Shown: positions 10,318 through 21,006 of the stretch, piece after piece
How positions within the stretch are numbered: position 1 is the stretch's first letter
Layout of the letters: each line of letters opens with the position of its first letter
DNA from: Macrostomum lignano
Taxonomy: Eukaryota
Direction of reading: 5' to 3'
Assembly (NCBI GenBank): GCA_002269645.1
Contig: NIVC01004063.1
Coordinates: forward strand, 1 to 62,035
DNA length: 62,035 nt
The notes under the pieces: generated by a model
Databases searched by the model: none
Told to the model about the DNA's origin: nothing
Seen by the model: the letters and a program-made list of their open reading frames with translations, nothing else
Translations under genes and position numbers: made by a program

Positions 10318-12505
10318 TGATGTAACCACGCTCTGGTCGCGGGATAGGGCATGGGAACTTTTTCGAAAGTGCCTCCTATCCCGTGCACCCTCTGCACAGA
10401 GCTGTCGAGACTCGGCCAGGTCTCCGACCGGGCCTGGAGACTCCCGCTCTGCTGCACCCCTCCTGCTGCCTTGGTCCCGTCTCCCCTGCCGCCACACCTG
10501 CCTTTCCGGAGCCCCCTACCCCTTTCTGTACCCCCCCCCTCTACCCTACTTCTTCTGTTTTCCGCCCTATTCTTCCTGTACTTTCCCTTTCCCCCCCCTC
10601 TTTTTGTCTCTCTCTGCACTCTTTTCCTGCGCTGTCCCCTCCTTCTCTGTGTCTACTTACAGTATTTTGTGTGCTCACCGTCTCCCCATCCCCTCCCAAA
10701 CTCCCAAACGGTGACGCAAGACGTGTGACCCCTTCTTCCCCCGATGACTCATCGATGACTCATCCCCCTCTCTTGCGCAACCTTTTCTCATGCCATTGTT
10801 CTCCTCCCCAAATTTCTCATGTGACACCCACCCCACCTCCGCTTCTATTGTTCTCGTTTTTGCTTCTTTTGTTCTCTCGACCCCCACCAATTATCACATT
10901 TTCTCCGATTTTATCTTTCTTTTGTTCTCGTTTTCGCACCTAATTATCACCTTTTCTCCAATGTTTACTTTTCCATTGTTCTCAGTTTTCCCCAATTATC
11001 CCCGATTTCCAATTCCTTTGTTCTCGACCCCAGCCCTATTGTTCTCAATGTTTGCTTGCGCAACACTTTCGCGACCACCCGCTGCGCCAATTATCCCCCC
11101 ACCCCACCTCCGGATTGCGAAATTTCCCTATTTCTCATGTTGCTATGCCGGTCTCATGCTTCTCATCATGACTCATTCTGACGTCATTCTGCCGGCAGCC
11201 AATCAGAGAGAGGGAGCCATGGTAACGACCTTGAGGAGGCGGCTGTGAGGTCTATAAAAGGAAGCGATTTCGGCATGAGAAACCTCAACCTTGTGCCTCT
11301 CCTCGTCCTTCTTTGGACTTGCAGTCAGATTGAGTTCTGACCCATTCGTCTATAAGACGAATCCCTGCCGGTCCGCGGTCTGTTACCGCCAAGTATCCTT
11401 AGCTCCCCAAGTGAGCTCGCCTATCGGCCAGCGGTCTGATACCGCCCAGCATCATCAGCATCGCCTGATCTACATCAGCGCCTCGTCGCTCCAGCGCATC
11501 GCCGCTTCACTGTCTGCCTGACTGCAGCCTACAGCCGCCCTCGGTCACTCCGCCTCTCTCTCTCTCTGTGCAGCTGCCGGTAAGTTCCTGTTACTAATTT
11601 GTGCTCTAATTGCCTTTGCTTATCCGGGGTTTGCCTATTTTCCATTGTCTGATTAGAGAGCTGAGCCAATTGTGATACCGTATCTTTTGCTGTATTTACT
11701 CAATAGTGAAGCCGCCTAATTGCCTGATTATTCGCCTAAAGGCCTAATTATTAACTATTAACTAACTTCATCATTATTCAATCTTTCACCATCATTTCAC
11801 TCATGGCTTGCTAAGCCTTTCTCCCTGGGTGGCAAAGCATAAGGAAGTTTGGGTAAGCTAATGGCCTCTCCCCGTGCAAAGCCCGCCTGTGAGTGCGTGC
11901 AGTAGAGGGATTAGCGAGTCTTGGCACAGAATGGCAGTAGGAAGGTTGCAACCCCATGCTGACGCGTCCCTTCGCCCTGAGCAATCTAAACTGTAGACAG
12001 TACATGTTCGCCTCATACTACTCTTAGTAATCAAAGTCGCAAGTCAGCCTCGCTCACAGCCACAAAGGATCCCCTGCTGAGAAATCCTCCAGGATTGAGC
12101 CCAGAGTTCCCGATCATGCCCCAAGCAGAGTCCCTGTACTCGGCTGCATGCGTCTCCCCTGTTAGCCTAAATCCCCTGGTAACCAATCCAGGCGGGGCTC
12201 TAGCCTCGAGAGGTCTGGTAGAAAGATCCAGGTGCGCCAGGTCACATAGAGTGGTGGCAGCCACTCGGTCATACCATGACCGAGTGACCAACTATTGCAC
12301 CTTGGCTACAGGTGGGGTCCATGTGGGTCCTTGGCCCTCTGGTCACGAAGCGCTACCAAAAGCTACTAATCATGTGGGCGGGACAGTCTGGTGCTGGAGG
12401 TCCGTCAGGTCGTTGCCCGGTCATAGGCAGCCTACGGTCATTGCCCCCTCTAGTCATGCGTTCGTCTCTCTACGGAGCGGGCAGGCGACAAGGGCGGTTA
12501 CATCA
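10318..12505 (+). mobile_element. Solo LTR (~2.19 kb), Gypsy-like by its 4-bp TSD
   Basis: Begins TGATGTAACC and ends GGTTACATCA (10-bp terminal inverted repeat, TG...CA). Flanked by the direct repeat CATT (10314-10317, 12506-12509). Contains CCAAT and TATA motifs; no gag/pol ORF. Confidence 0.8.
11169..11259 (+). promoter_or_regulatory. Pol II promoter cassette inside the solo LTR (AP-1, CRE, CCAAT, TATA)
   Basis: TGACTCA 11169, TGACGTCA 11179, CCAAT 11199 and TATAAAA 11253 in conventional order and spacing. Confidence 0.6.
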
Positions 12506-14029
12506 CATTCGTGTTCTTGTTGTGCTAAAAATTGGATTTTAGGTTGTTCCATAGTCTCATTTATTAAATGCACTGTTAAGTCAAGAATTTGCATTACTTT
12601 TCTCATGGACAGCAGATCGTAATTATTCACACAAGATATCACTTAATGCACGTAAGCTGATACAGTAGAAACTGAAGCTGCATGCTAAATCGCATGAGGG
12701 TAAAAATTTCAAGTTGATGAATTTATGACAAAATTCTCCTAACTTTCGAAACACCCCTTGTAACTGCAGATGTCCAAAATAAACATAACAGGGTTGGACT
12801 CATTGCAGTGAGTAGTCTACTAAGGACTTCCACTACTAGTGGCCCTTAAACCAGCTTTGTGCATCCTGGCGCACCTTAAGCGACATTGTCACACAACCGG
12901 CGAGAGGCATTAATAATAATTGTGGCAAATATTTTTTTAGAAAAAGTGAGCCTTAAGTGTCCAGTCCTTCATTGACTGATTCTATCGATCAAAATAAGAT
13001 CCAATACTGTCCGTCAATGTTAGGCAAACAATGATAGTACAATATATATGCGAACTTTCGCGGAATGTTTATCGAAAAGTACATTAATAGCAACACCAAC
13101 ACACACAGGGACAAGATCTTGTTAGGAGAAGGCTTGTCGCGAGGATTTTTCGTTACATTCTGCCTGGAGAACACCGAAGACAGTTGACTCGACGGCTCCA
13201 ATGCCGATTCTTTAGGCTGCATTGCTTTGTATAAGACCATATGGCTTTCTGACCAATTTTCTGGAGCGTGCAGCAGCGACGACTGTTTTAATGGTGGCTC
13301 TTCGTACAGCGATACAAATCCAAGGCGCAACAGAAAAATAACATCGGAGTAGCTATGCTAGTAGTCAGTACCAATCACGTGCTACATAGTAATGGATTTG
13401 TGACAGATATTGCTACTAACGAGTTGGCTTTGACAGATGTCAGAAGTAATATGCAGCTCACTTAACTCCATTTTGATTGTTTTGTTTTTTACTCGTAACT
13501 TCATGCCTTTTAAAGGCAGCTTTTTTGAAACATAAAACTGGGTGGTCTTTGAGAGAGCGGGGGCACTTAGCCGACACTGATATTGGCAGCATGACTACAA
13601 GCAAGTAGCAAGCCTCAATCAGACTTCAAACACGGTTAACGGTTTAAAAAGACATGGTTGGCGCAACTGTGTGAATTCCTTCAGCATATTATCATTTTCC
13701 GCTAATGGGCCAAGTTTTGGAAGCGGGTCTGCCGCTTATTGCTTTTCCCTGCGCAACAAGAATCTTAACCTTAAACTGCTTGTTATTATACCTCAGCATG
13801 CCGTTTTCTCATCTCTTCACCCCGTGATTATTCAGATTTGCTGAATTCCTCTTCTGGAGCATAATTCTGTCGGCAACGCCGCTCTGTATAAAATGAGGAT
13901 TCTGCATCCAGATCCTTGAAGTTCTTTCACCAAGGCGATGCCAAGTGAGATTGTATGTAAAGTATCCCTTATTACAGCAAGCAGAGATGTTCCCGACGTC
14001 GCTGACATATACGTACTTTTACATTACAT

Positions 14030-14329
14030 CAGGGACGCCGCTATGGATTTTATGGGGGGGGGGCAAAGCTAAGAATTCTACCTGCACATGTACATTTTTA
14101 GAATCGGTGTTGTCAGCGCTCGGTGCTCATTTTAGCGCCGCAGGCACTCATTAGCGCCGCAGACATTCATTTTGGCGCCGCAGGTGCTATATTTTGTCGC
14201 CCTGAAGCAAAATTATTGATTTCCATAACGGGACACAAAGTTGGGTGGAGGGGAGGGCAAAGCATTGGCATGCAGCCAATATCTTTTACTGGGGTGGACA
14301 TGCCCCCCCCCCGGGTGGCGACGCCCCTG
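14030..14329. mobile_element. hAT-type MITE (~300 bp)
   Basis: Termini CAGGGACGCCGC / GTGGCGACGCCCCTG; perfect 8-bp TSD CATTACAT (14022-14029, 14330-14337); internal GGCGCCGCAGGCACTCATT repeats. Confidence 0.88.
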
Positions 14330-14918
14330 CATTACATTAACAAATACGAAGTATAACGTCACACGTCGGTGTAATGTACAAATAAATATTTGTCAGCGAC
14401 GTCGGGAACGTACGAACGATTGCTGTACGGTCATACAAGATGTCAAACAAGATTAATATTTTATAATTTTGTCGCAGCAATCGCCAGCAAGACTCCAAAG
14501 TGAATTTCGCTGGTTTGAAAGCCGAAGAACGTAGACTACTTGATGATGAGAAAAACAGGCAGGCCTGCACAATATTAACTGTTGTTTCGACTGGTTAAAG
14601 AATCTGTCGTTTGCTGATCGCAGTAAAAAGAATAAAGAAAATGACGCTTTTTCAAATTTTCTCAAAACAGCTTCCTCTAGTCAATTACCTGACCGAGAGT
14701 ATCTGTTAAAATTTTATTTTTATCCACAAAACCACAGCGCCTTCACTATGAAACGTGTGCGCAGACACACCAACAAGCTGGGTCCGGAGGGTTGACTTCA
14801 AATCTAGAATCAACGCAAAACGGCTGGCAATACAGGAAAGGCTAGAAAGAAACAATGCAACTAAGCAGTCAGTCATCAAGCATAGATCATTGCTGCGTAC
14901 TGTTGTTTTGCTCTCCAC

Positions 14919-15305
14919 TCAATCGTCGCCGCCTTCATCGTCAGCCTCCTCGCTATTGATGTTGAAGTACCTGAGCTCGTAGGTGTCCTTCTCCGTGGCA
15001 ACTACTCGAAGCCAGTCGCGTAGAGAATTCTTCTTCAAGTACTTCTTAGTCAGGTATTTCAGATAGCGCTTGGAGAATGGTATGTCGGCCGACACGGTCA
15101 CTTTGCTCTTGTTCCGTTCAATAGTGACTAAATTCTGCAGGTTATTGGTTTTGCCCTGCACCTTGATCCTCTCGGTGAGGAATTTCTCAAAGCTGGCCAC
15201 ATCCATGATGCCGTCCTCAACTGGGTGGGTGCAGTCGATGACGAACTTGTGAGTCTGCTTCTTTTTCTTGCCCTTCAGATTTGAGCGGCGCGGCACCTTC
15301 GGCAT
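14919..15305 (-). CDS. RPL22: 60S ribosomal protein L22 (eL22), single coding exon
   Basis: [44 protein letters not shown]...[27 protein letters not shown]...YELRYFNI is unmistakable eL22. ATG 15305 follows a CAG acceptor (15312-15311); the start could alternatively be at 15335. AATAAA at ~14712 on the minus strand. Confidence 0.97.
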   Translation of the reverse strand: MPKVPRRSNLKGKKKKQTHKFVIDCTHPVEDGIMDVASFEKFLTERIKVQGKTNNLQNLVTIERNKSKVTVSADIPFSKRYLKYLTKKYLKKNSLRDWLRVVATEKDTYELRYFNINSEEADDEGGDD

Positions 15306-15498
15306 GTCGGCTGCGGGCTCATGCATGGGAGGCACACAGGCGGCCAGATTAGTAAGGTAAATTAAGTCTAAATATTTCTTTGTTATAATTTTCAGTACAA
15401 TTCAACTCTTGTCAATACTACTGATAGTAGGATGCATCAGATGGAAAACTATATGTTTCAAGAATGGATTTAAATGCTACGTTACTAAAGTCCTTTTA

Positions 15499-15706
15499 GG
15501 GGGCATTGCTGAGGTGTCAAGGCTTACGGGGGGCATTGCTGAGGTGTCAAGGCTTACGGGGGGTATTGCTGAGGTGTCAAGGCTTACGGGGGGAATGGCT
15601 GAGCTGTCAAGGCTTACGGGGGGAATGGCTGAGCTGTCAAGGCTTATGGGGGGTATTGCTGAGCTGTCAAGGCCTATTGGGGATAATACTGAGGTGTCAA
15701 GGCTCA
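15499..15706 (+). repeat. 30-bp minisatellite (gggggcattgctgaggtgtcaaggcttacg), ~7 copies
   Basis: Direct tandem periodicity; a diverged sister array lies at ~26900-27120. Confidence 0.95.
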
Positions 15707-16235
15707 CGCAAATAATTTTTGTCCATTGCTTATTGGCCATCCCAAAGGGGGCACTAGATTGCTAATTTCTTTCTATATATTTAATAAACTTATCCAACTA
15801 AAATTACAAAAGCACCATTAATTGTAGCAATCAATGCTACATACATGTTTAGGCAAATATTCAGTGTCTATATTACTTAAGATTATCGTAGATCGTATTA
15901 GCCTAAAGGCGACGCTGCAAGATCGGTCAATTATGAAGAGCAAAATTAAAAAATCTGTTTATTAATTTTCGTGTACGTACTTTAAGAGGAACACAGTAGA
16001 AAGCTACAAGACGGCATTCAACAGCATTAAAATAAGAATTCGAATACAAAATTGAAGAGACTCGAAAACTTTTAAGTAAGTCGGTGATTTCATTGAAATA
16101 AATAACAAAAACAATTGAACGGCCCATTATAGATCAGAATAGAGCTATATATAAGTGCTTCTCGAATTAAAATACTAATAATAATAGAAACGCTATTAAA
16201 GATAAGTACAATAAAATTAGGACTAGCAATCAGAG

Positions 16236-16409
16236 CAGGGGGTCGGCAAAAATTGTTACTTTGTGGGCCAGATGAGAGTGGAAAGGAGAGAGAATGGAAG
16301 ATGAGAGAAGAGAGGAGAGGGGGAGAGAAACGAGAAGAGAGCCGAGAAGAGAAAAATCTTGAGCGGGCCGGATAGAGAGGCTTCGCGGGCCGGTGTTTGT
16401 CGGTCTCTG
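16236..16409. mobile_element. Old hAT/Charlie-like MITE (~174 bp)
   Basis: CAGGGGGTCGGCAAA...TTTGTCGGTCTCTG degenerate TIRs; 8-bp TSD aatcagag/aattagag (7/8); internal GCGGGCCGG motif typical of Charlie-like MITEs. Confidence 0.75.
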
Positions 16410-16478
16410 AATTAGAGCATATAAGAGAGCAATCTGTGTGCTAGAATGTGCGCACTCGCGGGTCACTGATCCGTTCAC

Positions 16479-17153
16479 TTATTTTTTCCCAGTAGACGGC
16501 ATCTTATTATAGACGAGCCAGTCAATAAAATTTGTCCACACCGAGCTGTCGTGATAAATATAGGTCATGGACGCTTTCAACGAAGGCTGCAGAGTGTCGC
16601 CTTCGAATTCGAATAGACAGAGCACGCAGCCCCAGACGATGGCGGCAAATAATTGGAAAGTATTGCTAGGCGGATTAGCAATCCAACCGCGCTTGACAAG
16701 CAGCTTAGCGGTGCCATAGAGAATGCGGGACAGCAGGTACAAATTGATCTGCTCGTTCACCTTGTTAGATTGACCAAACACCAAGTAACCAGCTAAGAAA
16801 GCGGCCAGGAAAGCTTGCCAACGCTGCAAACCTGACGCTGGCGACGCCTTGTCACCAACTGTTCGGCCAGTGGTTTTCAACAGCAGGCGGCAGGCCAGTT
16901 TGTATATGACAGCAAAGCTGGCCAGACCGCGTGCGTGCTGCACAGTCAGCTGAACAATATTGGACAGCTTGTCCGACAGTGGCCCCGATTTGAATAGGAA
17001 TGTCATCACTACAGCATGAGGAAATCGGATCTTGCAGCCATAGACAATGCCATTGCGGATGCCTTTGATTAGCTCGGCAGCAAAGCTGTACTGCGGCTGG
17101 TGAAGCGCCCAGTTCACAGTTTCTAGCAGGCTGGGTGGCAGCAAGGATGCCAT
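16479..17153 (-). CDS. PXMP4: Peroxisomal membrane protein 4 (PMP24, Tim17/22 family), intronless 224 aa
   Basis: IKGIRNGIVYGCKIRFPHAVVMTFLF...HARGLASFAVIYK...QINLYLLSRILYG...LFEFEGDTLQPSLKASMTYIYHDSSVW matches PXMP4 family motifs; complete ATG-to-stop ORF. Confidence 0.95.
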   Translation of the reverse strand: MASLLPPSLLETVNWALHQPQYSFAAELIKGIRNGIVYGCKIRFPHAVVMTFLFKSGPLSDKLSNIVQLTVQHARGLASFAVIYKLACRLLLKTTGRTVGDKASPASGLQRWQAFLAAFLAGYLVFGQSNKVNEQINLYLLSRILYGTAKLLVKRGWIANPPSNTFQLFAAIVWGCVLCLFEFEGDTLQPSLKASMTYIYHDSSVWTNFIDWLVYNKMPSTGKK

Positions 17154-20100
17154 ATTTAGTTATTCAATTCTGAAGTACAATTAAATGTAATCAGTGTATT
17201 AAATATCGAAATTATTAAAAAAGGAATGGTATAATAAAAATAATAATACTAATTGATTACATTAGATGTGCAACTGACAGATCAGCCACAGCAATATATA
17301 AAATAAAACAATGAAATATGAAGCAATTTAACTAAAAAACTAAAATTCTAATTATGCCTTTTGTAGGCTCTACTAGCTCTAATCTTGATCAAGATATTGA
17401 CCCTGTAGACAAATTCTACTATGGCAAAAGATTAAAGAATGTTATAGAAATAAAAATGAATATTTTGGTTTTAGTTATGAATATTGGCTTTTATTAAATA
17501 CAATTTAAAAAATATTTCGAGCCAATAAGGAATAATAGGGATAAAGGACAAACAAAATAATTGATTTGAATTCATAATCCAATAGACATATACTATGATC
17601 TTAGATACATTCTAGTGGTACAATAATAGATACTTAAAATAATAAACTAGCTTAGTAACAACATAGCTATTTGCCTAGTATCTAACTTGCCAATAACATA
17701 GCTATTTGCAACATAGAATACTTGATATTTAGTTAAACACTGCATATTATTAAAAACTGTTTTGTAATGTAAATAGACTATACATAGTTCAGAAATATTA
17801 TAAAAAAAATTTAAGTTATTTTCTTAAGAGTAAAACAGTAGTTTTTATGTTAAAAATAAACACAAATAAATTGAACATAAACATAGCTAAACAATGCCAT
17901 AAAAAATATAAGCATTGAAAGAAGAGTCAAGAATTATTTTAAGTTATTATAGACCTTAATATATATCTTAATAGTTAGTCATCTAAGAAAAGGTCATGAC
18001 AATTTTAGCTATGTGCCTATGTTTTAGTCTTCAGCATTTATTTTATAATACAAAATTTTATTTCAGAATCTTAGACCTAAATTTATTTTGATTTTTATTC
18101 TAATTATTTATTCTCATTAGCCAATTAGCCATTTGCTAGCTAGATATTTTCTAGCTAGCATTTATTAAGCAGTCCAAGTTTCAACTATTTATGATATATA
18201 TTATCATATAGAAAATGGTGCATAAGTAGCCAAACCTAAATATAAAATATAAAAGATACAAGTCTTAGAAAACAAAAAAGTTTGATATCAAGTGTGCTTA
18301 GAAATTTCTAAAGGAGAGGGGTTATTATTGAGAGAAAGATGGCATTAACAAAGATTTTTCTAAAATCCTAGACCTAGTTTTGATTGTAGCATTACAGGAG
18401 ACATAGTAGCATGACAATATAATATAAAGAAGTACATTAATAAGGTATAGCACAATAATAAGATAGGAAGAGGTACAACTAGAACTATGATAGTTTGGGG
18501 GGGGGGTATCATTTGAAGGGTTTTTACCCAAAATTATGTTAATTTTGCTTTAGGGTTCCTTTTGTAGATAAGTTACAGTTTTGGTTAAAAAAGTTATTTG
18601 AATTTGTATAGGAACAGTAGTACTTATGATAAGTTATATAAAATTTAGCCTATAGTATAAGTATGATATATCTTTGTCTTTTTATATTGTATTTTATTTT
18701 TACTCATTACTTAGTAGCCACAGTCTCTATCACAGAATACCACAGAATGCTCATTCAGCCACCCTAAAGAAAAAATCTTGTTTCTAGTTGAAATCTTGTA
18801 TTGACTAGAGACATATTCTACTAGTCAATTGAGCATTCTGTGGTATTCTATGGTCTCTGTTGCTATAGCAGCAGCCTTTGGTTCTTAGTGGCTTAGGGTC
18901 CCATAGGAAGTGTTGGCCTAAGACTAATAAGGTGCTAAGTACTAGCAGAGTCTTAACATTGTCAACTACATCCATAGACACATTGTCAAAAAGTACTTCA
19001 AAGCTAGCCAAGAGAGTTGCATAGTATTGGCCACTGGCTATCCAGCTAAGCTGCTATGTTAGCTCAATCTACTCAGGCTATGCTTAGACTACTGCAACTT
19101 AAGCATTGTTAGCATGCTTGGGTGCAACCTAGGGATTCACCCAGCCATTTCTATTGATAACACACACATGTAAGTCACTATTGGATGGAATAGTAGTCAC
19201 ATGACTGCTCTCAGCCAATAGTGACTTACATGTGTGTGTTGCCAATAGAAATGGCCAAGTGATTCCTAAGGTTGCGCATGTGTGACTGTTAGGCTCCAGT
19301 TTCCTATGTATAAAAGCATATTAATGGCTAGCAGCAAGTATTTTTTCTAGGCTGCATTCAGTTCAGGCATATACAAAGCTAGAGCCTCTTGCTTAAAGCT
19401 CAAAGGCATCATTACTAGGCCTAAGGGCCTATGGGCTGTGCTAGAGTTTGTATATAGGCCTACTGGCTTGTTGGCTATTAGTTGATTAGGCTAAAGATCC
19501 TATTCTCAATATATATGAAAATATAAGAACAAATTCTCATTTATTTAGGATTCTAAAATTTATGAAGTCTAGGATATCCCAATCTAAAGAACCTTAATAT
19601 TTTCAGTCTTATATATTGCAATCTCAACAATCTTAGGATCTTAGGATTGGCAAAACTTAGGATTTTGTATTTTTTAACTAGGGGAACAAAGGGGAAAATA
19701 AAGGCTAGGGGATATATTTTCCCAAAAAGACTAAAAATTAATATAGACTATTTTTTAGTATAGGGCCTAGGCCCTATTTTTTGTTTCCTTCCCTGCCTAG
19801 GAGTCACCTAGGCCTTGCTATCCTATTCTTTTTGAAGAAAGTTTTAGGTAGCTTATCCCCTTTATGCCAATTTTTTTCTGGATAATAGATAGGCCTATTA
19901 TAGATTTGGCAATTGTTATTGTTACAATTACTATAGAAATAAGGCCTAGTAAAATAATTATTTTTACAGTTAACGCATAAAACAAATACTAGGCTATTTA
20001 AATTAAGTAGGGCCTAATAAACTAGTAGGCCTAAGGCCTAATTCAAATAATAGGCCTATGAGCAAAGAAAGGCAATTAAATTTAAAAAAGCATCATTATA

Positions 20101-20965
20101 TTATTTATACAATGATAATTTCAAATGGTTTTTGTCACCGACTTTAGCTAGGCCCTAGCTTACTTAAAGTACTTACTTAAGTTATTTTTCAAAGGAATAG
20201 GGCCTAGCATAAATGAAATTGCACTTAAACAAACTATGCATGCATTGCAATAGCCAGGCCTGCTTAGTCCTGCAGGACTAAGGAGTAGATCCTAGGCTAG
20301 TATGCACCACATAATTTTTTCTTTTCAACTATTTGACTGTCCAAAAATTGCATTCAAAATAAAAAAGTTCTGATTAGGTATGCCTATAGCCTATTCTCTA
20401 TCAAAAAGCCTTAGGCTAGGCCTAGGCCTAACCATAAATTTAAAGCTTAGTTAAAATGATTACTGTATGCTGTATGGGAGTCACCAGGGAATGCATGCAT
20501 TTTCAAAAAAGATTTTGTTGAATTAAGTAGAAAAATATACATTGGGAGTACAGAAATCAGAATGAAAAAACTGTGTAAGTTCATTAAAAATAAACAATAA
20601 TCACATTTACCGACCCTCCAAGCTCGTGGCGCGTCTACGGAATGATCCGTGTTCAAGAGCAAAAAATAACTTAAAATCAAATTTGTGGCAAATTGGCAAA
20701 TATAAGCAAAAAATTCAGCAAATTGGAAGAATTATATGGATACGAATAATAATAAGAAAAGAAAAGTTGAAGTTTATTTTAAAAAATCAAAATTCAAAAA
20801 GTAAGTTGTATTTTGATATTCGTGATAAACACATCTATTTAATTTCCATTTAATTAGAAAAACAGTAAAAAAGCAGCGTTTTCAGCGACCGTGTAAAATT
20901 TAACCTTTTGAATAAATAAATCGGATCATACTGGCATAACAGGCTCCTTAAGCCTGAGCCAAATT

Positions 20966-21006
<41 letters not shown>

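Noticed and set aside
10296-12622. Several ORFs inside the solo LTR
   Set aside because: They are low-complexity translations with no gag, protease, RT or integrase motifs.
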